A stretch of 62,649 nucleotides of DNA, the filler included, from Basidiobolus ranarum (Eukaryota): assembly GCA_040143965.1 (NCBI GenBank). It is 17 parts of 17 records of this genome, joined end to end, with 100 filler letters (N's around TTAATTAATTAA, not from the genome) between each part and the next. Parts side by side here need not be neighbours in the genome. Positions count along the whole stretch, not along the records: positions 51,719 to 55,298 come from JASJQH010002403.1; positions 55,399 to 58,976 come from JASJQH010002404.1; positions 59,077 to 62,649 come from JASJQH010002405.1; 14 more parts are not named here. The stretch is one strand, 5' to 3'. Made by a program: the position numbers and the translations under genes. This document shows positions 51,719 through 62,649 of the stretch, in pieces. Position 1 is the first letter of the stretch, and the number at the start of each line of letters is the position of its first letter. Below the pieces are notes generated by a model, which saw only the letters and a list, made by a program, of their open reading frames with translations, was not told the origin of the DNA and searched no databases.

Positions 51719-52168
51719 TGGCACAATATTGCAGGGTATCAGCCAGATAGCTGGAAGAATGTTGATTCAGCAACATTAATACACTGGTGGGCTTTGATGG
51801 AGATATTGATACAAACTCATGTTTGATACAAGCTAAACCTTGGGTATGTCAATCTCTATAAAAATATTCAGGAGAATATATCAAAGAAACTAGGAATTTA
51901 CAAGATGACAAATTAGTGTTCAAGTGGTAAATATGTAAAATTTGAGTTACATATTTTGCACATGTGATCATCCATACTTCTCTGAGATTGAAGCCAATCA
52001 TGTGCAACTATCTTGCAAGATCTTGAAATTCCACTCCTGAAACTGAAAAAATTGTTTCAAATTTAATCTAACTTGAGGATTTTATGACAGTAAGTAAGTG
52101 GTCAATCCTAAATGGATTAAAATTCTGATGGTTTACCTACAATTACAATCTTCAAGCTTCTGTCAGGG
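51719..52168. mobile_element. EnSpm ORF2 3' end and left terminus (...TCTGTCAGGG), nested in another copy
   Basis: WHNIAGYQPDSWKNVDSATLIHWWALM, then a subterminal region ending in GTCAGGG that abuts transposase sequence. Confidence 0.8.
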
Positions 52169-53118
52169 ATTACATCCATCACTGATTTTACCAATAGATT
52201 GTTAGTCAGATTAGCATATGGTAGTATTGACTATTTCACATGGAGCACCAGTTCACCACAGGTGTACTCCATTGGGAACTCCTAGAGTATACAGCAAGGG
52301 CCTATAATCTCTAATCATTGTGAAAGATGCAGCAGGGAATGTATTGAATACTGGCATAGATTGTGTCTATCTTCTTTAAACCTGTAATAAAGTTTTCATA
52401 TCCAATTATCCAATCTTTACACAGTTGCCATATCTGCCTGAGATCTGCCAATTTGAGTTGTTGCAGTAAGAATATGTTAACAATATTTACAAATAACTCC
52501 CAACATTGCCAATACTTTTCAGGCAGAAATCTTTGCATGATTCTACTTGAATATATGCAATTCAATACATCCAGTCTTTGCATGTGAATAAACACATAGA
52601 TGAGTGGATATTGATGGGAGTCCTGGTAAAGCATGATTGTATGTTGATGTTTTCAATCTTTTTCCTAATCAATTCAAACTTTGAACCTATCTCAAATGGC
52701 TCATTCATTTTGAATTTTCCACTATATAGCTGAGTAAGTAATATTGGAATGTTGTTGAATAGTAAGTGCATAGTGCCTAATAGGAAGCTCTGGCTCCAGC
52801 TGATCCCCTTGAGTAATATAATCTTGGGCTTATGGCTAATACCAAGCTTGATGTTAGACTGACTATTTGGTGAATTGATTTCAGTGATCATGTCAAAATC
52901 TGACCAGGCTCTTGATGGTAAAATCATGCAGTTTATTTTTGTATTGGGATAGTACTAACGTGTATGCCTGATAAAGTAAACTCCTTTGATTTGACAAAAT
53001 TGTATTTGGTTAGTAGTAAAATGTATGCCTGAGAGAGTAAACACCATGGATTTGACAAAATTTACAGCATAAGAGTGCATTGTGCCCATGAAAGCCTCCA
53101 TGTTTACTGATAGCAGTC

Positions 53119-53401
53119 TAATTGAAATTATTTAGTGTGAAGTATTGGTCTGGCCAGGATTTGAACCTGGGACCACCTTCACTCTAGCAAGGTGCTCTAA
53201 CCACTGAGCTACCAGTCCTTGTATGATATGCCTGTATTGCTAGGGAGCCTTAACCTAGTCTGTCAATGTATGGTACTTTGGCATGTCTGCTATAAAAGCA
53301 ACTGATTGGCCTTAGACTCTGTGTTCAGATGCAGTCACCATACCCCATATTTTCCTCTTTGACAATTACTACTTGTAGCACCAGTCACCAGACTTTCAAC
53401 A
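53119..53401 (-). mobile_element. ~283-bp solo-LTR-like insert containing a tRNA-like sequence (Helenus-type TRIM candidate)
   Basis: Absent from the sister copy near 14130; the minus strand starts TGTTGAAAG and ends TTTCAATTA; TSD only partial (gtc / atgtc). Confidence 0.6.
53146..53218 (-). tRNA. tRNA-like sequence/pseudo-tRNA, 73 nt, nominal anticodon AGA but short variable loop
   Basis: GGACTGG TA GCTC AGTGGTTA GAGC A CCTTG CTAGAGT GAAGG TGGTC CCAGG TTCAAAT CCTGG CCAGACC A. Intact A and B boxes; one mismatch each in the acceptor and anticodon stems. Confidence 0.8.
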
Positions 53402-55398
53402 ATGTCACCAATACATACAATGATTTTAGCTTTAATAAAATATTTTCCCATCTGAACCCCATTAGAGAATCTTTCAAATTCTACAATCAAAGGCTCCAAG
53501 AAGTTATCTATAGGCACAGGTGATTTAGGTTCAGATATGATGGATAGTATCAAATATTATGACTCTTATACCATTGAGAAGGAGGAAGAATTAAGTTAAT
53601 TAAAATCATTCGCCAGCAAGCCTTTCTAACAGTATATTTGTCTAGTGAGTAACCATCCAGAGCCAATGCAGATGCATGATCTTGTGTTATCAAAGAAACC
53701 TTGACTTTACAGATTCTGGTAGTGATATCCATCAAGTATAATGGTAATACCATCAGCTTCACAGTGCGTACTTTGGTATTGGATCAATCATCTATATTTG
53801 GGTGATTTCAAAAAACTTTATACGTGCAAACAGTATATGAGTTCAGATTTTTCAGATCACCAGTAAAAGACAAGCTACCATTTGGACATGCAGGTAGTCT
53901 AACTAATGAAGGGTTATTAATCATACAATTGACCAGTGTTTGCCACTTGTACAAGGTCTGTGGCAAGCAACAGTTACCAATCAACTGTGGTAAAAGTGTC
54001 AGAAAACCAATCAACACCTGGTTGCTAAGATTGGATTGAGCTCCCCACTCCTCAATAATCAAAGCAGCTTCCTTTACTGCAAGAGCTTTGAGTGCCAATA
54101 ACAAAGAGTCTGTAACAAAACCACCATCATTTTCTTCAACTTCTCATACACCACAATCAGTACTGGAATAAGCAAGATTAACAGCTCACAGCATGTCCTC
54201 AAAGTTGTCTGGACTTATTGATTTGACCAAAGTTGCATCTCAATCTAAATCATTTGAGTCATATAAACCTGGTAACTCCATGGTATCCTGACTTTTGGCA
54301 GTGTCACCAAAACTTTGAGGCAAAGTACAGTCAGTGGACTCAGTGAGCAAAACTAAAGTGAATTTTGTGCACTTATTACCATTGATAGTCATCATGCTTT
54401 GTGCAGCTGGTGGCTCTTTACAGTAATAAGGCTTGGGATTAATTTTTCTATGAAGCCTCTGGCTTTCATAGCACAAGAATTTGTGACAATAATAGTAAGG
54501 CTTCTTTAAACATTTGCATTACAGCATTTGAAGGATGTTGTGAAAAAAATAGCAACTCCTATGTAGGGGTGGCATTTTAGGTATAGCCCATTGAAATCAT
54601 CAGCTGATTCTGAGATGGTTTCACAGATGAGTCATCAGGGGATTCACAAGATGTTTTTGGTAATGGATGGCAATTTTGGTTTTATATAAGCTGTTTCTAA
54701 TTAATTTCATCACACCAAGTTTACCATCTGAAAATTTCAATGCCATTCTAGAAGCATTCAAAATCTAAATCAAAATTAGCTTCTAAGCCAAAGCCTGCTG
54801 GCACAAAAGGAAAAGAACAGCAAGAACATAGGACTTAATAGATGAGCAGTCTAGCAATCCACTATCCACTTTGGAAGGCATTAACATGCCAGAAACTAAC
54901 TCAGGTAATGATGAAGCATTAATCAATTTAACAGCTATGTTCCTTTCCAGCAATAGTGCAATTGAAGAGATTGTGATCCCCCAATTACATAGCAAATCAA
55001 GACTCTGCAAAGTTGAACTGGAACACTGTCAAGACCATCTACTTCCAAAATAGGTACTTTGTTCACTGTTGAATAACCCTCCATAGAAAACTTGGATAGA
55101 ATAATTACAGCAAGGGAATTGCAGCCAGAACACCATAATTATTTATATATGATCATAGGTAAAAACTATAGAGTTGCTAAACAGGCCATGATTAGCAATA
55201 ATGCTGCAATATTACAATTAAGGCAGCCTTTGGAAGCAACTTGTCAATGGTTAGAGAGTCAGACACCAATGATCCTAGGCTTTCATAATGCTGTAGCTNN
55301 NNNNNNNNNNNNNNNNNNNNNNNNNNNNNNNNNNNNNNNNNNTTAATTAATTAANNNNNNNNNNNNNNNNNNNNNNNNNNNNNNNNNNNNNNNNNNNN

Positions 55399-56112
55399 AT
55401 CTCCAGGATAACCATCGCGCTCTAATAAACCACGTTAGTATGAAACCTTCTGGTGAAACTGTGTAACTTGACCAACCTTCAATAAATTTAGCAACATTTT
55501 TACGAATGTGGGGGATTCCTTGAGAGTGACTGTAAGCTCCTACACTTCCACCACAGGCATCAACCAACAACTTGGCTCTTTGGATAGCGTCAGTGGGGAA
55601 TAGAGCTTTGACTTTCTCGCGATTCTCATCCAACAGTAAATCTGGATATTCGACCAGTGCTGCCACCTTTAAAGATATGAATTAGAGGAGTTCATTAAAT
55701 TGTCAGAACGTATATCATATTCTTACTTGTCTAAAGAAAGTGATTGGTTTCTGTTTCAATTGTTGAGGATTACCAATATTAATGTTCACGATCTCTTTGA
55801 AAGGAAGGTCGGCTCCCTTGGTTTCGAGCTCCTAATTCAAGTTTAGGTTAGTACACTTTCGTTTGCGATCGAGTCACATCTGGTAAAACCTACATTCTTC
55901 AGTTCTTCAGCACGGATAGCAATTTCACCGCGTACAGCATATTCTACCTCTCGAACTTGAGGATTGATAGAATCGATTCTTAACACCTTTTTACCTTTAG
56001 GTACTATAATTCAATACAGTAAGTCAGCAGTTAAAGGAAGAGTAGTTCGATACTATGAAATAATACCTTTGAAAGTGGTGTCAACAGGACCACTATGAAG
56101 CTGAGGAGACAT
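55399..56112 (-). CDS. ALT1: Alanine aminotransferase, 5' exons (3' truncated)
   Basis: Spliced: MSPQLH..|VLRIDSINPQVREVEYAVRGEIAIRAEEL|..LPFKEIVNINIGNPQQLKQKPITFFRQ|VAALVEYP..SVGAYSHSQGIPHIRKNVAKFIE. Confidence 0.93.
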
Positions 56113-58239
56113 TTTATACAAGAAATAATAAAGAAAAGGCAAGAAAGAGGGGAGAATATGACTGACATTGGAAGCCCGGCTCAACTTATATAGCAAGTAA
56201 TATGATGATTTCCATAAAAGGTGAATATTCAAACTTGTTGCATGTAGAGCCAATATGGCAGCTGTGTATCACAATAAGCAAGCTCACGATTCACCAATGA
56301 TCGCAACAAGCTGGCATCAGAATAATTGTAGAATGACCCAATTCCATTTAAGGCTCATCTAAAACCATTTTATCTACATGATATCGAAATAAGCAATAGA
56401 CTTGGTGGTTGAATACTTTCGATCATGCCGCCAATTTCAAGGGATACAAGTATTTTGATGCATCTCAGTACTTAGGAACCCGCCACGAAATGTACCTGTC
56501 AGCCGTAGTTAAGGTCCGGTAAATATTCGCTTAACGCCACTTTTTCACCATTAACATCCCACAAGAGCATTTGTTCCTGAAAGGCCCTCCTGACCAAGAC
56601 AAAGCATTCTAGTTCCAAAGGAAGGGCCGCTTGTAGTTAGCCATTCCAAGTGTCAGCACTAAGATATCCGAGTCGCACGTACTGAATCCTCGACATATCG
56701 CGACATGTCGCGTGAGCTCACCTGAAATATGTAGATAATCACAATCATCCTTAAGCTAACCAATGGTTCCAGGACATGGCAAACATTCAGATTCCTTGGA
56801 TATCTAGCGAATACATTTCATCAAGATTATCTATAATACGGTATTTCCAGAAAATAGAATGATTTCTCGACGTGATACATTGAATATTGTGATCGTGTGA
56901 GTATTCGCTAGAAACATTCAACTAGATGCGGATCTTTGCACAAGATCATCCGTCCGGTATATTCCTTTTACTACCGCGTGAGCTCCACTAAGGATTCCTT
57001 GGTCAGTTTCACATTGTGAGCCTCCCATATTCCTGCCCTCGAATCTATCACTTTCTCCGTATTGTGAGGTCGGCACAAATAAGCCACGGATCAGATGGCT
57101 ACTGATCCAAATTGGCTTAAGGGTGAGGCAGGTTTATTAAAATGGCCATACTCTAGGTTCGATATTAAGGGCACTCAGAGAATCCTCATTTGTGATGGGA
57201 CTAATTTAGGTGGCACGGGATGCTTTTCATTCCTCTGTATGAATTAGGGAAGATATTGTCCCGTCTCAGAATCCACAATATGACAGCGATGGGTTTGGGC
57301 GGCTCAATCTTCTTTTTTCTGCTACGGTGGAGTGCTTCCTATAGATTGAATGAGGATCACATCTATATGTGAGTGTACTTGGATGGTGGTAATAATCTGC
57401 TCATTTGCCATATTGGTCACATTCATTACTCATATGGTTAGTATTGCACTTTTTGTAGAAATCATTGTATTTCCTCCAAAGCCCATGATTATGGGAGTCA
57501 TGACATGACAAATCCAATCTTTTTCTTAGCATGAGAGAGTATGATAGAGTGAGGGAATTGGCTACCCTAAGCCCTGATTATCTTGAATATTAACAGTAGC
57601 TCTATGGAAACGTTTCAATTTGAATCGATGACTTGTTGAGAAGTGACAATCTTGATAATCTATAGTTATGTCACATTTGTCCCAGGGTGTGGCACTGGCG
57701 AGTTCCAATATCAACCCAAAGTTCTTACTGCTTCTCTTCATCTGCTTACTGGAATTGATAGTCTCATCTTTCACTCTTCTTCGCTTGAAACTTATGGGTG
57801 ATGATGGTACTGTTGATCTAATCAATGGTTAATCTATATTGCCTCTACCAATTGGGCTATGATGAAATCATAACTTCGTCCTACTTAAGTTAGATCAAGT
57901 TAGTGCTGATGATGGTTTAATAAACCTCATGTTGAAATACGATAGAATTGAGCCATCTTAGGATTGCTTAAACATATGCGCATTCAGAATTTGTGCAAAA
58001 AGATGGATTTCGTATGCAGGATACTATACTATCATTTCATGTATTACTATGTTTTTCCATTGGTAGAGTCAGCCAATAGTGCTGCCGCATTTCTAAACCG
58101 TTTCAATGTGTGTTATTAGTCATTTGCTAATATCTTTGTAAAACTACTAGATTACTTTAAAGCGCTACCAGTTGCTTACGCCCAGGCCTATAGGCACTAG
58201 CATTAGATTTAAGCTACTTTTTGGCAATATTGCGGAATA

Positions 58240-58810
58240 TTTTAGCATTGCCTAAACACCTATATAGTCATATATGTAGAAATTAGCATTTCCTAAGCAC
58301 CTATATAGTCATATATAGCTTAGTATTTAGTTGTCCTATATTTCACTAAGATATCACCCATCGTTATCAATTGGAATTTATATGGAAGCTCTCCAATATA
58401 TAGTTTTTTCAAACTTGGGCTAGAAGCCTCAAAATTTGCACACATATTCCTGGAATCTTCCTTAACATATTTTATCTGTTAGTCTGTCTACATCTTGACA
58501 AAACCATGAATGTTAACTCAATACTCAATAAATCATTAAGTGAAAACCATCAATTTCTCAATTTCTGCAAAACACTTCCAACAGGCTCCCAAAACTCTCT
58601 AATAGGTTATGACCCCAGGCTTGCACCCTTAACAATGTCTACCACTCAACTTTATGTAACTTTTCCCTCTTCTGAAATGTTGGGCAGAACCTATTATAAA
58701 GTTTGCTAAATCAAAATGAAAATGCTGCTGCAAGAAAAAAACCTTTGGGACACTGCTATAGAAGAAGAAAACAATGCAAAACTATCTGAAACCAAAGCTT
58801 TACTCCAGGT
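58240..58810 (+). mobile_element. Copia family A 5' end: LTR (duplicated head), PBS, start of gag
   Basis: LTR A to ~58604, then GGTTATGACCCCAG, then MSTTQ..YKVC*IKMKMLLQEKNLWD. Confidence 0.85.
58605..58618 (+). promoter_or_regulatory. Primer-binding site of the half-tRNAiMet type
   Basis: GGTTATGACCCCAG immediately after the LTR resembles the GGTTATGGGCCCAG PBS of copia-type elements. Confidence 0.7.
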
Positions 58811-58811
58811 T

Positions 58812-58913
58812 TGCTGGAGGATCTTGACATAATAGAGACAGACTTTGTATATTAGTGGCAACTGTTGGAGGATCTGGACATAATGGGGGTGGACTTTGAG
58901 TATTAGAAGCAAC
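58812..58913 (+). repeat. Imperfect 51-bp tandem duplication
   Basis: TG(C/T)TGGAGGATCT.GACATAAT...GACTTTG..TATTAG..GCAAC occurs twice. Confidence 0.7.
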
Positions 58914-59076
58914 TTATGATAGTGTGTTTTAGTTAGTTTATTCTCAAGAGTATATGGTGACTTATATGGTAGAAAANNNNNNNNNNNNNNNNNNNNNNNN
59001 NNNNNNNNNNNNNNNNNNNNTTAATTAATTAANNNNNNNNNNNNNNNNNNNNNNNNNNNNNNNNNNNNNNNNNNNN

Positions 59077-60791
59077 ATTTTGTCAAATCAATGGAGTTTA
59101 CTCTCACAGGCATATGCATTACTACTATCCAAATACAACACTAAACTCCATGATTTTACCATGAAGACCCAGTCGGAGTTCAACATGATCACGGATATCA
59201 ATTCACCAAATAGTTAGTGTAACATCAAACTTGGTATTAGCTGTAAGCCGAAGATTATATTGCTAAAGGGGATTGGCTGGAGCCAGAGCTTCCCATTAGG
59301 CACCCTGCAGTTACTATTCAGCAACATTCCAATACTACTTACTCAGCTATACAGTGGAAAATTCAATATGAATGAGCCATTTCAGAAGGGATCAAAGTTT
59401 GAATCAATAGGGAAAATGCTTGAAAACGTCAAGATACCATCATATTTTACCAGGACTCCCATCAATATCCACTCATCTAGGGGTTTATTCAAATGCAAAG
59501 ACTGGAAGTATTGGATTTGTATATATTCAAGTGGAATTTTGAAAAGATTTCTGCCTGATAAGTATGGGCAACAATGGGAGTTATTTGTTGATCTTGTTAA
59601 TATCTTCTTACTGCATCAACTCACATTGGCAGATCTCAGGCAGATATAGCAACTGTGCAAAGATTTTGTAATTTGATATGAAAAACTTTATTACAGGTTT
59701 AAAGCAGATAGACTGAATCTATGCCGGTATTCAATACATTCTCTGCTGCATATTTTACAATGCTTGGAGATTATAAGCCCTTGCTATATATTCAGGGAGT
59801 TCCCAATGGAGCGCACCTGCAGTGAAATGATGATCCATGTGAAATCATCAGTATTACCATATGCTAATCTAATTAACAATATATCGGCAAAATCAGTGAT
59901 GGATATAATGCAATGGGTTAAGGAGACTCCAGAGTATATTAACCTGCCAACAAAGGGCTCTTTTCAATGTGCTCATGGGTTTTTGCATTGTTTGAGCACA
60001 ATAACAGCAACAAAGCCCAATCCATGGACACAGAGTAAGTACCTTTATAATCGGACTAATTTGCTTGTGTGATAATCTGACGGTATTTTTAGGAAAGCTG
60101 CAAGACAGACTTCTTGGTGAGATAGATGGAGACACATAGTATTATCATTTTAGCCATGTGGTAATCTATTCAAGGCATGACACATCTACCGGTGGCAGGA
60201 CATTTGTTGACTGCAAGTTTGGGATATATTGGCTGAATTCTTTAGGGAAATTTGCCAAAATCCCAGAGCTTATTCTCATTGTCAATGGTAACAAGAGTCA
60301 GCTATTTGCCAAGTGTCAGTGCTATTCAAAATTTCAGATGTTTAGCAATTTTTCCACCGTTAGTTTGCTGGTAAAGCATATTGATGTTGTTGAGTTATGT
60401 CTAATCAGTCAAATATGTGCATATGTAGAGACTAAACACAACGAGATTCTTGTATTTTTTGATTCTCATTATGGCTGGAATACAAAGCCTAAAATATCTG
60501 AATAAAGGCATGCATATCAATTTGGATTCCTATAGCAGTAAACCCAGTAATTTGCCATTCAAAAGTTATATTTTTGCAAAAATTGCTGGATATTCAATAA
60601 TGCATGCCAAATTTGAGGATCAATATTTTAACATGTATGAATACCCCCAAGATACCATCAAGAAACTGCCCTCACACCATCAAAATCCCTGGCAGAATGC
60701 AAGCCAACAATATTACGATGGTTCTCTGATGGTTTTGCTATTTTGAAGGGTGGATCCGATTGGGATCAAATCTATTTTGTTTTGGTTAGGG
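59077..60791 (+). mobile_element. EnSpm element 3' half with right terminus
   Basis: FPLGTLQLLF, FKCKDWKYW, IHSLLHI..REFPMERTC; ends TTGGTTAGGG. Confidence 0.9.
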
Positions 60792-61655
60792 ATACTGAAT
60801 AGGGAATATACTATGTCAAGTTCAAGAGTTGGGGTGTTGGGGACTACAAGGACCAATACAAAGAGGGATGATGTAAGGATGATCAGGTGAGCTTCCATGG
60901 AAGGTCTTGGCGGAAATACACTATGTGTGTGATGACATGATTGGTTAGGTTTCATGGAATGTTCCAAACAACATGATTTCCATATAAGGAATTCTGGATG
61001 AACTGATACCAGATTGCCAAGAAGGGATGGTACAGTAGATATGATGTCATAATCTAATAATAGAGAAGTTCTATTTGTGGTGGATCAGTATGCTGAGATC
61101 AGAATCATGATAGTATTCCCTTCTTTAGTGATGGCTTCCAGACATCATAGGGCCAGGTTTTTCTAGATAGGCTTCATGAAACTCCAGGCAAAGTTCCTTG
61201 GAATTGGAAAGATTTGTTGCTAGCTCCCATGATTGATCATTTGTTGAATATCCCTTACAGTCCACTAAATACATTGATAAATTCAGGAATCTAGAATTTT
61301 GCTAACTTCATATTCAGGGTGTTCTTCCACTTTGATTGCTGGGAGTGGGTCAATGCATTGGCCCTGGAAGGTGTTTCTGGCATGTGGCTCTAAGAGAGAC
61401 ACATGGAATACATTGTGGACTTTGAAATGGGCTGGGAGTTCACGGTGGAAGGCTATTGAGTTGATTTGCTTAGTGATCTTTTAAATACCCTAGTCTTTTA
61501 TGATCAAGTTTAGCACAAGGTCCAGTGGTTTTGTAATTTTTCCAAAGTAGCCAACATATTCTCCTGGCTTGAGATCTGGGCTTGGCTTTCTTTTCTTATC
61601 TGCAAAGTTCTTGTATTGGGATTAAGCATTCTCCAACTCAGATATTAATTGTTTA
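60792..61655 (-). mobile_element. Chromodomain gypsy fragment (IN end, chromodomain, PPT, partial LTR 60792-61112)
   Basis: Reverse-complement match to 50050-50930. Confidence 0.88.
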
Positions 61656-62649
61656 CCCTAACAAAAATAAAATCGATTTGATCCGGATCAGATCCACCCT
61701 CTGAAATAGCAAAACTGTCAGAGAACCATCACAATATTGTTGGCTTTCATTCTGCCAGGGATTTGATGATGTGATGGCGGTTTCTTGATGGTATCTTGGT
61801 GGTATTCATCCATGTTAAAATATTGATCCTCAAATTTGGCATGCTTTATTCAATATCCAGCAATTTTAGCAAAAATATAATTTTCAAATGGCAAATTACT
61901 GGGTTTACTGCTGTAGGAATTCGAATTAATATGCATGCCTTTATTTAGATATTTTAGGCTTTGTATTCCAGCCATAATGAGAATCAAAAAATACAAGAAT
62001 CTTGTTATGTTTAGTCTCTACATATGCACATATTTGACTGATTAGACATAACTCAACAACATCAATATGCTTTACCAGCAAACTAACGGTGGAAAAATTG
62101 CTAAACATCTGAAATTTTGAATAGCACTGACACTTGGCAAATAGCTGACTCTTGTTACCGTTCACAATGAGAATAAGCTCTTGGATTTTGGCAAATTTCT
62201 GTAAAGAATTCAGCCAATATATCCCCAACTTGCAGTCAACAAATGTCCTGCCACAAGTAGATGTGTCATTGCTTGAATAGATTACCCCATGGCTAAAACA
62301 ATAATACTGTGTATCTCCATCTATCTCACCAAGAAGTCTGTCTTGCAGCTTTCCTAAAAATACCGTCAGATTATCACACAAGCAAATTAGTCCAATTATA
62401 AAGGTACTTACTCTGTGTCCATGGATTGGGCTTTGTTGCTGTTATTGTGCTCAAACAATGCAAAAACCCATGAGCACATTGAAAAGAGCCCTTTGTTGGC
62501 AGGTGAATATACTCTGGAGTCTCCTTAACCCATCGCATTACATCCATCACTGATTTTGCTGATACATTGTTAATCAGATTAGCATACGGTAATACTGACG
62601 ATTTCACACGGAGCATCATTTCACCGCAGGTGCGCTCCATTGGGAACTC
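61656..62649 (-). mobile_element. EnSpm element 3' end with right terminus (CCCTAACAAAAATAAAATCG), least decayed copy
   Basis: EFPMERTCGEM..; inverted relative to 59795-60791; retains CpGs lost in other copies. Confidence 0.9.

Larger units (their letters stand above)
52169..55298 (-). mobile_element. Degenerate EnSpm element: transposase on -, ORF2 start on + (~54870-55298)
   Basis: Colinear with the reverse complement of 12160-14580 and 59077-59910; 61-bp internal tandem duplication at 52941-53062. Confidence 0.88.

Noticed and set aside
57260-57825. 87-aa basic ORF and downstream interrupted frame
   Set aside because: No recognisable family, TTG start and several stops.
61656-61662. Transposon end reads CCCTAA/TTAGGG like a telomere repeat
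   Set aside because: Single unit only, and the other end is CCCTGAC, so it is explained as the TIR.

Overview
This window is not one locus. It is 17 unlinked contigs of about 3.6 kb, sorted by decreasing length and joined by an artificial 100-nt spacer (N44-TTAATTAATTAA-N44), so gene neighbourhood holds only within a contig. The DNA is eukaryotic, with short GT-AG introns and AT-rich sequence. The proteins suggest an early-diverging fungus (Mucoromycota/Zoopagomycota-like; inference). Host genes are a GAPDH 3' end, a ketosteroid-isomerase-like gene, an NmrA/isoflavone-reductase-like gene, an RNF181-like RING-H2 ligase, an MgtA-type P-ATPase, a Crz1-like C2H2 factor, a GATA factor, alanine aminotransferase, a small fungal ORF and a tandem pair of spliced orphan genes. 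UNC-93-like MFS, CaMK and ACR3 are pseudogenes. About half the window is CpG-depleted transposon debris: Ty1/copia (at least three LTR families), a chromodomain Ty3/gypsy, a Harbinger-like MITE and many pieces of a ~5 kb CMC/EnSpm element with CCCT(G/A)AC termini and a divergently oriented unknown ORF2. The most notable observations are a solo-LTR-like insert carrying a full tRNA-like cloverleaf (Helenus-type), the reconstructed two-gene EnSpm element whose right ends all abut one gypsy family, a contig with an exact 111-bp terminal overlap, and the orphan gene pair showing many synonymous differences.
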